From Anthoceros angustus (taxonomy: Eukaryota; Plantae; Anthocerotophyta): a stretch of DNA of 64,000 nt. The stretch spans positions 992,001 through 1,056,000 of the forward strand of contig VJWM01000108.1 in assembly GCA_010909165.1 (NCBI GenBank), given 5' to 3'. The position numbers and the translations under genes are program-made. Shown here in pieces: positions 36,334 to 47,986 of this stretch; the stretch's first letter is position 1; each line of letters begins with the position of its first letter. The notes under the pieces were generated by a model that was not told where the DNA came from, did no database searches, and saw only the letters and a list, made by a program, of their open reading frames with translations.

Positions 36334-37718
36334 TGTTAAGTTTAGTAAGAGTTACATAACCCTAGCTAATAGTCAGGCGAGTTAGGCTAACCTAGCTCGT
36401 TGTTTAACAATGATCCCTACGAAGGTGCCCGGGTTCCTATAAAAGGACCCCTAATCTATGTACTTTTCCAACTCTTTTCCTAATTCATGCTTCCGCTTTT
36501 GTTCTCATCTTAGGAAAGTTCACATGGTATCAGAGCACAGCTCGAGGTCTAGCTGGGAGGCGCCACTACCGCCTCCGTGGCGCCCGCCTTCCCCACTCTC
36601 CTAGCAAAAAAAAAAAAAAAAAGAGAGGAAGGAAATAGAAGGGGGAGGGAGTACTAGCATCCTATTTTCCTTGTTAGGATTTGTAGGCCCCTCCTGCCTC
36701 CTCCCCTCTTCCCCTTTTCTCCCATCCATGCAGACCAGGCAAGAAAAAAAAATCCGGCAACAAGGCATGCAGATCGGTTCCCCACCCAAGTCCCGATCCA
36801 CGCCAAGGCCGCTTATTAGCGGAATTCCAATGAGCGCCAATTGACGCGTCAGATTGACCCCAACACGCGACGGCGAGGAGGGCCTCAGCACGGATCTGCA
36901 ACAGGCCCCGAGGTCGGCACTGCTCATCGGATTTTCTACAAATTCTAGAAGCCCAGCGGGCTGCGGCAATCGAAGATGCGTTGAAGGCGGACCAGAAGGT
37001 TTCTGCGACCGGCACGTCCTTCAAATCTTGGGAGCACATCGGCCAATTTCCCTATCCAGACTGCAATTGGGGCAATTGCCCTATCCAGATTGCAATTGGG
37101 GCAGGCGCCAAGCCGGGAGTGTGAAGAATCCATCCGGAGCCGGCCCAGCGCGCAGACATCGCACCCCCACCAATCCAAGATTCCGGTCGATGTGTAAAGG
37201 AGGAGCACCGTTCCGGACCTCAAGGATCTTCACCGGCGTCCCCAGCCAGATCTCCCGAGCAATCAGACCCCGACATCTCCCATTGCTGAAGATCTGGGCG
37301 AGCGCGGGGCTGCTGGGGGCGGATTGGGCGCAGGTCCCCATGCAGGCGCGGGCGCTCAGATCCGGCCAGGTGCGCGCACGTATGCCCCCGTGGGCCTGGA
37401 AAACTTCGCAGGCGCGGGCGCTCAGATCTGGCCAGGCGCGCCCTCAGATGCCTCCGTGGGCGATCCCCAGGCCCGGAGATCGACACCGGCGCGCGGCGCG
37501 GCAGGGCACAGATCTGCAGCGCGTGCCCCCACACGAATGTAGGCACACTCCTGGGCACGGGTGTGGAGATGGGAGCGGGCGCTGGCGCGGTGATCAGCAC
37601 GGGCGCAGGCACCGCGGGAGCAGGCGCGGCCAGGCTGGTTCTAATGGGCAGGCGCACGCGGCGCAGATGCGCGACCCGGGCTCGCGGGAGGCGCGAACCT
37701 CCCTGCCATCTGCCGGCC

Positions 37719-37900
37719 CGGAGCCCCAACGGGCGCGCCCGCGGCAGCCTCGAGACCCCAACGGGCGCGCCCGCGGCAGCCACGGAGCCCCAACGGGCGC
37801 GCCCGCGGCCGCCACGGAGCCCCAACCGGCGCGCCCGCGGCCGCCACGGAGCCCCAACCGGCGCGCCCGCGGCCGCCACGGAGCCCCAACCGGCGCGCCC
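37719..37900. repeat. GC-rich ~32-bp tandem repeat (~6 copies)
   Basis: ggagccccaac(g/c)ggcgcgcccgcggc(a/c)gccac units. Confidence 0.9.
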
Positions 37901-37988
37901 CGAACCCGTTCGGGGACGGGATTATTTAATGGCCCCCCCCCACGGGGCCCTATTATTATCTTTCATCCTTTCGCAAAACACAGAAGAA

Positions 37989-38059
37989 CACGCCAACGGG
38001 ATTCGAACCCACGACCTCCAGCTTTCGCATGGAAGAACTAACCGCTACACCAAGTCACT
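37989..38059 (-). promoter_or_regulatory. tRNA-derived Pol III A/B box pair (SINE-head-like)
   Basis: Minus strand TGGTGTAGCGG (A box, 38052-38042), 32 nt, GGTTCGAATCC (B box, 38009-37999); T-arm stem present; no complete cloverleaf. Confidence 0.7.
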
Positions 38060-40116
38060 TGGTTGCAATCGTATGATATTCGCGAGTACTTAAATTGTTC
38101 TGGCAGAAGTATAAAGTCCCTCGCAAAATAAAGACAAGAACAGAAAAAGAAGGATCAGAAAGCAAAAACAACACAAAAGGCAAGGGAGAATCCTCACGTG
38201 AGAAAGCAAGCAAGAGAGGGATACTCACCTTCTCCGAGATATCGTGTCGGCACTTATGGAGGACGGATCCTCGAGCTTCGGGTGATCATGATGGCAGTAA
38301 GGTGGACACTGTAGGCTATTACACCGGCCTGCGACGAGGATTGGACCTGACACCCTATGATCACTTCAATTCACTCTCGACCAATCCTCCTATCGCCATG
38401 GCCAACAGTACCCCAGCTACCACTAGCAGGACTCCTGCTCCAGTTTCTGCGGGATCCATACCAATCTTCATCGACAACATCAAGGAGAAAGACCGGTTCA
38501 ACGGCCAGCACTACCCAGTATGGCGTGTCCGGATGAAGTCCGTGTTGGTTGGCAGAGGTGTTTGGAAGGTCGTGGATGGCACCTTCCCCAAGCCGGCCTC
38601 TACCTCCGTTCCTCCACCCTCGACTGCCGACGTGGAGCGATGGGACTACCTCAACGGGATACCTGTGGCACTCCTGATCAGCGGACTCGACTCAAGCCTG
38701 GTGCCCAGCGTGGAGTTCCTCACGGAGGCTTCTGCCATTTGGGACCAGCTATCAAACACGTACAACGTTAACAATGTTCTAACCTTGTACAGTGTACGAC
38801 AAGAATTCAACGCCCTCAAGATGAAGGAGTCAGACACGGCGGCGGCTCACACATCTAAGTTCCGGCGATTAGGGCGGTAGCCTCTCGGCTCAACGATGAC
38901 CGAGGCCGACGCCGCCGCTCAACTCCTAATGAGCCTCCCGGATTCTGACCAGCATTTCGTCACCAGCCTGATGCTGATGGCGACCCGCGGCACCACCAGC
39001 TCATCCTCCTCTCTAACAGTGGAGGACATTATTGGTGCTCTGTATCAGCAGGAATAGAGCCGCCTAGTTTCTGCAGGAGGGTCCAAGCCTGATGCAGACA
39101 GGGCGCTTTCCACCCATTTCAAGCTCGGGAGGAATTCGAAGGGCAAGGCGAATTTCACCCCTAAAGGTGACTCAACCTCTGCCACTCCTCGCCGAGTTGG
39201 GAATCGCACAGGCGGAGTCGCCGCCATTGGGCACGAGTGCCGCAAGAAAAGAGGCCGGAGAGCCGCAGTAACGCCGACCGCTGCCAGCGCCAGCTAAGGA
39301 ACGCCAACACAGCGGAGGCAAGGACCGTGAAGATAGTTGCGGTTTGCCTCAACACTCAGTTGCATCAGCATGCGGGGTGGTACCTGGATGGTGGAGCCAC
39401 CGCCCACATATGCAACGATCATGCTCTATTCACCAAGCTGGACACTTGCCCTCTGGAGGAAGGAGCGTTACTTGGTGATGAACAGAGTAGAACCAGACTG
39501 CCAATCATGGGACAAAGCACTCGCGAACCTCCTCTGAAGGATGGTTCGGTGCTTACTTTGGAGCCTGCGCTCCCCGTCCCGAAGATGGGCCAGAACCTGG
39601 TGTCTATGACTCAGCTGCTGGAGCAAGGCGATCTCGAGATGCTTGCTTCAAGGGAGTCAAGTTGCTTTTTCAGGACCTCGAATCCTGACTCGAGCCTCTT
39701 CACAGCCGTGCCTCAAGACGGCATGAGCAAACTCTCATTCACCGGCGGGAGTGGACCCGCCGCCACCCTCCGACAGCCTGGTACCCCTGCAGCCCGCGAG
39801 GTGGGAAGACTCAGCTTCAGAGGGAGCGCGCCACAGAGGAGCGTTGCTCCATGGAAGATAGTCTCCACCGTCGTTACGTTAAATTTTAAGAGGAGTTGTA
39901 GCTTAGGTTATGTTACTCTTAAGAGGGAGTGTTAAGTTTAGTAAGAGTTACATAACCCTAGCTAATAGTCGCGAGTTAGGCTAACCTAGCTCGTTAACAA
40001 ATGATCCCTACGAAGGGTGCCCGGGTTCCTATAAAAGGACCCCTAATCTATGTACTTTTCCAACTCTTTTCCTAATTCATGCTTCCGCTTTTGTTCTCAT
40101 CTTAGGAAAGTTCACA

Positions 40117-40771
40117 TGTAGGCTGCCTAATATTTATCTCGAACTGGACACGTCTTGATATAGCTTTTTCAGTTAGTTGCGTTTCCCAATTTCTAGAAAG
40201 ACCAGGACGAGCACACTGGGCAGCCGTGAAACGAATTTATCGTTACCTGAAAGGCACGATGACTCATGGTATTTTCTTCCAAGCTGGCTCCCTATCAGGA
40301 CTAACCCTCTCAGCTTTCACAGATGCCGACTGGGCTTCTGACATTGATTCACGGAAGAGTTTATCAACGTACTGTTTCCTGCTGGCTGGAGGGGCCGTTA
40401 GCTGGTCTTGTAAGAAACAATCGAGTATTGCACTTTCATCAACTGAAGCTGAATATATCTCATTGACTGATTCGGCTAAAGAGGCAGAGTGGGCAAGATC
40501 TTATCTGAAGGACCTTTATGTTGAGCAGGCCAGTCCCACCATAGTACATTGTGACAACAGTTCTGCCATTGCTCTCGTGGCCAACCCTCGTTTCCATGCT
40601 CGTACCAAGCATATCAAAATCAAACATCATTATATTAGAGACACTGTGGCCAAAGGAGTGATTCAAGTCAAATATATCCCTACAGCTGACAATACAGCGG
40701 ATATCTTAACTAAGGCTGCCTGCCACGTACATTCACAAAGACATGGAGTCCCTTGGCCTCACGGGACTTGA
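40117..40771 (+). CDS. Copia-1 RT C-terminus and RNase H
   Basis: FTDADWASD, WSCKKQ, SSTEAEY, CDNSSAI, HARTKHI, NTADILTK. Confidence 0.9.
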
Positions 40772-41024
40772 TTTTATCGTAAGGTGATGAAAGGTAAATT
40801 CTGATCATAAGTTGACCTTGTGGAGTTGGGGGGGAGGGGACTTGAGTCCCCTGGTTTTACAAGCTTATCATAATCTAGTTTGTAGAACCCATGCTCACAG
40901 GCTGTCCTACCCATCTGTCCTTTTCTGTGCTCTGCAGCACATCACAACAGGTTTTTTGAATAGGTTAGGCATGGTCAGTATTTACACACAGCAGTCATGG
41001 ATGAAGCATCATATACCTACCCAA

Positions 41025-41561
41025 TCATGGCTTCTGTCCTTCAGTTTTCTCTTTCCTTGCTCCTCCGTCCTTTTCTGTGTTTGGTGCACCCTGCCCTTTG
41101 TTGTCCTCGTCCTCAGGCAACGGAGTCCTTATTGCTTCTGCCCACACGACGCGCATCCCTCTAAGGGGATCAGCTGGCAGCGCTTGGATACCAGGCTTGA
41201 TATCTTCAGTATTCTCAGCGAGGTCTTCTCGCCTCAACGTCACCCGAGCTGCAACCTCAAGCTCCCAGCCAAATCCTCTGGCAAACTGCTGGAAATCGAA
41301 GGGCTTCCACACCCTTGTCCCGGCAGTTCGAGTTGTGCTGGCCTCCTGTTTCCTAGTCCTTCTCTTCCTTGGCACAGCGTCATCACCATAGTTTTCAGGT
41401 CTGTAGCGAGCCCCGTTTCTGGTTGCCATTTGCTGCTGCCACTGAATCAAGATGCAAAAGGAAGCCAGGATGATTGCCACCACCGCGAGCAGCTGAGACA
41501 TGTACACTGACGCCACCGTTTGAGCTTCTCGCACGTAACGGAGAGGGTATAACTGAGGCAC
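41025..41561 (-). CDS. Antisense ORF in Copia-1 3' region with hydrophobic segment
   Basis: Open frame of 178 codons; MSQLLAVVAIILASFCILIQW followed by a charged tail. Confidence 0.35.
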   Translation of the reverse strand: MPQLYPLRYVREAQTVASVYMSQLLAVVAIILASFCILIQWQQQMATRNGARYRPENYGDDAVPRKRRTRKQEASTTRTAGTRVWKPFDFQQFARGFGWELEVAARVTLRREDLAENTEDIKPGIQALPADPLRGMRVVWAEAIRTPLPEDEDNKGQGAPNTEKDGGARKEKTEGQKP

Positions 41562-42628
41562 AAAGATAACGAATTTTTCTCTACTCCGCTGTTTCGTGAA
41601 GAGGATACTGCCTAGCTTATGTGGGAGTGTTGAAATAACCTCTTTAGCTTATATTTGTAATCTAGGCGTATGCATTAGGGTTTCACTATATAAACATTAC
41701 TTCATGTAATATCACTTGTACATTATTATTTTCTCTTGGCTTTCCTTCGTGCCTTGTATGTGCTACCGTGAGCGTCATGTCAAGCTTCCTTGGCATAAAT
41801 CTAGCGTTCTGTATTTTGGTTATCTGTTACCCACAGGTAGGTTGACAGGCTGCATTTGAACTCTGTTTGCAATCCTTTGTTTTCTAATCTCCCACTTGTT
41901 AAATGCGTAGGTGGAGCAAGAGGGACATGAATTTGGAGCATCAAATGTATGCAGCTTATTTGTTTTATTTGCACGCTTACATGCAACACCCCTGGAGGCT
42001 GGGTTAGCAAGTAAAGCGGGCTTTAACAATGTAAGCAACTTGAAGTCCAAATGTCCTATCTGCTCTTTCAGATCTTGTTTCAGATCGACAAAGAACACGC
42101 TTCCGATCGATGTTTTGAAAACGTCTATCAACATGTTGCTGGTGTGCTTCAATTCTGGCATTTAACTGTGATACACTTGTGTGTGGTGCGACATGTGTGG
42201 TCAGGAAACCCTTGGGATTACCGTTACCATGGAATGCTCGCTGCACACGCACTTCTGGAAGATTGTTAGGGTTTCTAGGTGGAGGGGCAAACACCAGATG
42301 GCGCTGTTCAGGGAAGAGAGTCTCAATCAATGTGTTGAATGACTGCCTTACTTCAAGAGCAAGTGCAGGTCAATTTTGCGTTCGAACTGTCCATTCCTGC
42401 GTCTGTTGGTGGAGCAGTTATGCAATCATTTGCCTGGTACTCCTTGCCCTATGCGGCGATTCTGCTGTGGAATGCGCTCAGCGCGGCGTGGCTGCCATTG
42501 TTGCCCGTCCAATAGATTGGCCATTCATTTGGCTAGGATTTGTGTTTTAGAATTTTTCGAGAAACATTTTTGTAATTCTATATGATTTTATATAAAGATT
42601 TTTGCCAATTGCTTGTTCTAGTACCTAG

Positions 42629-42999
42629 TGTCAAATTGCTCTGACAATCGACAACAGTGCACTAGGACAGACTCCTAGAAATGAAAATTTTCTAAATAAA
42701 AATCAAGAAAAGAAACTACAAGTTGGTTTCTTGATCATTTTCTTGTTTTCTCATTAGAAAATTATTTTAACAAAATATGTAATGGGTGCAGATCAATTAA
42801 CATATTATTAATTACATTGTATATATGTGTATATAAGGAAAAACAAGTATATGAAAGCGAGAACTAGACTTAACTTAATAATGAAAAGGCATGACTCTTT
42901 GCTAAAGGACGTAACCCTAATGAAAGGGTAAGTAAGCTAAATTAAATCTAAGTGCACACTTTATATATGTAGATATAACTAAACCGAAATAACTCAACA
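42629..42999 (-). mobile_element. Putative LTR between two tandem copies of the RT-less Copia derivative
   Basis: Minus strand starts TGTTGAG after purine-rich ggagatagtag, ends TTTGACA, followed by PBS-like aggtactagaac; TATA-like tract inside; single copy so unconfirmed. Confidence 0.4.
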
Positions 43000-43009
43000 C
43001 TACTATCTC

Positions 43010-43578
43010 CATTATGGCTGGCCCGACAATGGCTGGCCAAAATCCAAGAATGGCGCCCAACGCCCGATAATGGCTGGTCATACAATGGCTGGCCCCACAA
43101 TGGCTGACCATACAATGGCTGGCCCCACAATGCCTGGCCCCGCAATGGCTGGCCATACAATGGTCGCCCCACAATGGTCGGCCATACAATGGTCGCCCAT
43201 ACAATGGCTGGCCATACAATGGCTGGCCCCACAATGGCTGGCCACAATGGCTGGCCATACAATGGCTGGCCATACAATGGCTGGCCATACAATGGCTGGC
43301 CCGACAATGGTAAAAATCCAAGAATGGCGCCAACGCCCGATAATGGCTGGTCATACAATGGCTGGCCCCACAATGGCTGACCATACAATGGCTGGCCCCA
43401 CAATGGCTGGCCCGACAATGGCTGGCCATACAATGGTCGCCCCACAATGGCCCCGCCATACAATGGTCGCCCCACAATGGCTGGCCACAATGGCTGGCCC
43501 CACAATGGCTGGCCCCACAATGGCCATACAATGGTTGGCCCCACAATGGCTGACAATGGCTGGCCCGACAATGGCTGG
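43010..43578. repeat. 15-bp satellite array, left part (split by Copia-3)
   Basis: Same unit as 28225-28870. Confidence 0.95.
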
Positions 43579-46500
43579 TGTTAGAAAATAAAGCCTTACT
43601 CGCTTAGGGTTAATTATCGGGTTATTTATATTTAGGTTTTATTATCTAAGGGTCATCTAGTGAAGAGGCACCTAGTGGATATATAGATATACTTTTAAAC
43701 ACTTTTTGTATATTATTATTCTTATCAATTTGTCTCATGTTCTTTTCTCTCCTGCTCTCCCTTTCTGGTCATGTCCTATTGTCATGTCCAATAATTATCA
43801 TGGTATCAGAGCCATGAGCATATACGATTACAAACTTTGCTATCGTACACACTTCCGCTGCCCTGCAGGATGAGAACCTAAGAATCTAATTTCTATGAGC
43901 TGATATCTGGACAAGTAAGAAGGCGAATTCAAATTCAGCACCATCTCCGATCTTTGGTGAATCTTGTTGAAGACCCTGCTTCCCTTCCTGCAAGTCAGAG
44001 TTAGCCTAATTTCTATGGATTATGCTACTAATCTGGAATGATTATCCAGACGCCCAACCTGTATAGAATATTGCTGTAGTATGTACTCTAAAAAAAAATG
44101 CCAAGACGCAGAAACAAGCAGGCCACAAGGCCATCATTTTCTGGTCAACCCAGACCTGATGGAGTGCCTGCAGGATATACAGCGAATGGCAATTGTCAGC
44201 GACAATCACCATCACAGCCAATTCATCTACAAGACTGTGCACTCGTGAAATTGACAGATCTTACCAGGTTGGAACAGAAATTCCAAGTTTTGAGTGACCA
44301 GTTGTCGCGCCTACTTCTCATTGAGAAAGCAGCATCTGTATTTGCCAGAAGAAATGAGTTTGAGCGTGAGATGTATAGACCACGTCAGGATTTCTCCCGG
44401 CCAGATTCCGGATGTTCGACTAGCAGCTCGAGATTCCAACTGTGGTGAAGAGTCACAGGTTGTCGAGGGGAAAGGCACACGTGGATGCGCCTGCTCGCTC
44501 GTCTGTGTCTCGTGACATTCCATATCCTACCACAACCGCTTTTAGGGTTAGTTCATTTCAACAATGTTTTTGAACTCATATCCCTAACGAGATCTTTTCG
44601 ATAGGGGGTTTTGTGTCTCTTACTTGTTAAGTACCTCTTCACCTCGATTGGTGCCTCCTCCTATCACATCACTGCTTCCCTTGCGCTCAAAACATCACGG
44701 ACTCTCTAGCAATGTCGGGCATCCTCCCCTCCTCCACCGATTCGGATCTTTTACACTGTCTTCACGCCCGAGTTAAAAGAAAAGACCGGTTTACTGGACA
44801 AAAATATGAGCTATGGAAGGTGAAGATGAAGTCCACTCTGCTTGCTAGAAATGTCTGGGGATATGCTGATGGTTCTATTCCAGAACCAGCATCTACAGCA
44901 ACCAAGGGAGAAAAGGATCATTGGGCACATGCCAACAGCATATGCATGGCCCTCCTCATTGCTGGTCTTTCTGAAGACCTCCTCCCCGACGTAGAATTCC
45001 TCACCAAGGCGAGTCAAATATGGCAACAGCTTGCTGATACTTATCAAGTGCGCAATGTCATGACGTTATGTGCACTTCGCTTGGAATTCTATGGACTGGC
45101 GAAAGAAGGGATAAGGTACTTACATTGCAACAAGTTCCGTCACTTGCGAGCTCAACTTATGCAGGCACCAAAATGGATGAGATTGATGCGGTGGCTCAAT
45201 TGCTTACGAGCCTCCTCCCACTACCGAATTTATCTTCACATAATGCCAAGACGCAAAACAAGCAGGCCACAAGGCCATCATTTTCTCGTCAACCCGGACT
45301 GATGGAGTGCTCGCAGGATATACACGAATGGCAATTGTCGACAATCACCATCACACCAATTCATCTACAAGGCGTACCGTGAAATTTGAGATCTTACCGG
45401 TTGGAACAGAAATTCCAAGTTTTGAGTGACCGGTTGTCGCCTACTTCTCATTGAGAAAGCAAGATCAGATTTGCGGAAGAAATGAGTTTGAGCGTGAGAT
45501 GTATAGACCACGTCGATTTCTCCCGCCGATTCGGATGTTCGACTAGCACCGAGATTCCAAGCGTGGTGAAGAGTCACAGTCGAGGGAAAGGCACACGTGG
45601 ATGCGCCTGCTCGCTCGTCTGTGTCTCGTGACATTCCATATCCTACCACAACCGCTTTTAGGGTTAGTTCATTTCAACAATGTTTTTGAACTCATATCCC
45701 TAACGAGATCTTTTCGATAGGGGGTTTTGTGTCTCTTACTTGTTAAGTACCTCTTCACCTCGATTGGTGCCTCCTCCTATCACATCACTGCTTCCCTTGC
45801 GCTCAAAACATCACGGACTCTCTAGCAATGTCGGTGACATCCTCCCCTCCTCCACCGATTCGGATCTTTTACACTGTCTTCACGCCCGAGTTAAAAGAAA
45901 AGACCGGTTCTTGGACAAAAATATGAGCTATGGAAGGTGAAGGCCATGTCGGGAGGAAGGCACAGATACCAGTGGAGAGAAGGAAGATGGAGGAAAGGTG
46001 GCAAACAGGGGAGCGTCACCGTCAAGTGATGCCGGAGGCAACGTAGATGGTGGGGGAACCTGGATGTGTGATGGCATTGTCACCGACAAGGCGTATCATA
46101 CGATCTGTGTCTAAAAGCGTGAGTCGCTGAGTCGTCAGACGCTGGAGTCGCCAGTGCATGGGTGGACCGGTGATGGTCAATCAGCAACAAACAGAGGAAA
46201 TTGGTCTTCCCACCTTTGTAGCCTAGCATTTACAGGGGTCCTCTGCCGTTAAAGTGGTAATTGAGGTCGCTGGATAGGTCTAGGAAGTTGTGGAGGAACC
46301 CTGAAAACAATGGTGTTGGTCTGAAGAGTCACCAAGTGACGTCGCGTCGCTTCAGTTTAGAGGCACATGTTTGTATTGCACGCAAGACGCATATGTTCAT
46401 ATCACTTGAAAGACGCACATGTTCGTAGTTAAAGCCAATGGCATCAGTGGCAACAAAGCTGAAAGGGATAGAGGACGCTTGAAGTGTCCAAAAATTCCAA

Positions 46501-47986
46501 TTAATTTGTCAATAAAATCAAACATATATATATATATGCAAGGTATGAGAGTGACGTAAGGGTTAGCACATACATATTAGTACATAAACAAGTCTTGAAG
46601 CCTATATATATATATATACGATACAAAGGAGGTACATATAAGTACACTAATATAATATAAGTCCACTAATATAATATATATATATGCAAAGGATATGCAA
46701 AGGAGGTACATATATATGCAAAGGATATGCAAAGGATATGCAAAGGATATGCAAAGGAGGTACATATATGTACACATACTTACATATGCATGGCCCTCCT
46801 CATTGCTGGTCTTCAAGACCTCCTCCCCGACGAGAATTCCTCACCAAGGCAGTCAAATATGGCAACATTGCTACTTATCAAGTGCGCAATGTCATGACGT
46901 TATGTGCACTTCGCTTGGAATTCTATGGTGGCGAAAGAAGGGATAAGGTACTTACACATTGCAACAAGTTCCGTCACTTGCGAGCTCAACTTGTCAGAGG
47001 CACCAAAATGGATGAGATTGATGCAGTGGCTCAATTGCTTACGAGCCTCCCTCCCAGCTACCAGAATTTCGTATCTTCACATAATGCTCCCATTAGAACA
47101 GCAAATGTTGCTGTTGCTGCTGGACAGGCCTCTCCACTCACCCTTGACGGGATGATAGGGGCGTTATACCAGGAAGAGCAAAGCAGGCTCATGTCAGGGT
47201 CTGGATCCAAGTCCAAAGCTGACAGAGTGTTTTCTGCTTTCCGTGGTAAACCATTCCAGAGGGGCAGGCCAAGACATGTGATAGGTACACATCCTCCTCG
47301 CCATGAGACTCGCCATGAGGCTGGTCCATCAACCATTAAGCGTCAGGGCCCATGTAATTGGTGTGGTATCCCTGGACACTGGGCAAAGGAATGTCGTAAG
47401 AAGAGAGCTGGCGAACCTCAGAGGCTCCCAGAACTGCATCAACTGCCATTGTTAGAGAAAAATTCTCCAGTGCAGATTCTTCAAAGCCAGTGGTAAAAAT
47501 ACTGATTGTTTGTCTTACCTCATCGACACATGACAGATCTTCTTGGTTCCTGGATTCTGGAGCCACAGCACACATTTGTCGTGATGAGTCCCAATTCACC
47601 AGTCTGCAGCTCACATCAAACGTGGAGCGTGTTTACCTGGGTGATGAACACATTGACACGAGTTTACAGATCCTTGGTCAAGGTTGCTGTAAATTCAGAC
47701 TGAATGACGAGACTGTCCTTACATTATCTGATGTCCTCTATGTGCCTCGTATGGCCAAAAACTTGTTCTCTTTGAGCAAGTTGATGAAGACCCAGTGTTT
47801 TCTTCTCCAAGTTTCAGATACCTCATGTTGCTTCTATCGGAACTCTGCTCCGTCTATATGTGTGTTTCGGGCACATCCGGAACAGGACTTGTATCGCCTG
47901 GACATCCAATGCATCATCAGTTCTAATCCTCAGGCTCATTCTACAAGTGTAGGAAACCTTTCAGCTACTCAGCAAGCAGTTTTATG

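Larger units (their letters stand above)
36334..40116 (+). mobile_element. Nested non-autonomous Copia-derived element with gag and protease only (TR-GAG-like), TSD TGTAG
   Basis: LTRs 36334-36524 and 39930-40116 (TG..CA); PBS 36525; PPT aagagggag; TGTAG flanks; host RT reads YRHAV|GCLIF across the site; gag from 38398; WYLDGGATAHIC. Confidence 0.93.
30810..41822 (+). mobile_element. Ty1/Copia LTR retrotransposon (Copia-1), 195-bp LTRs, TSD TCTGT
   Basis: LTRs 30810-31004 and 41628-41822 (3 mismatches seen); PBS tggtatcagagcc 31005; gag, IN, RT, RNase H; TCTGT on both sides. Confidence 0.95.

Noticed and set aside
37989-38059. Functional tRNA gene
   Set aside because: Acceptor and anticodon stems do not pair convincingly
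36854-38093. 395-aa and overlapping GC-rich ORFs
   Set aside because: Stop-poor GC-rich repeat leader; no domain recognised
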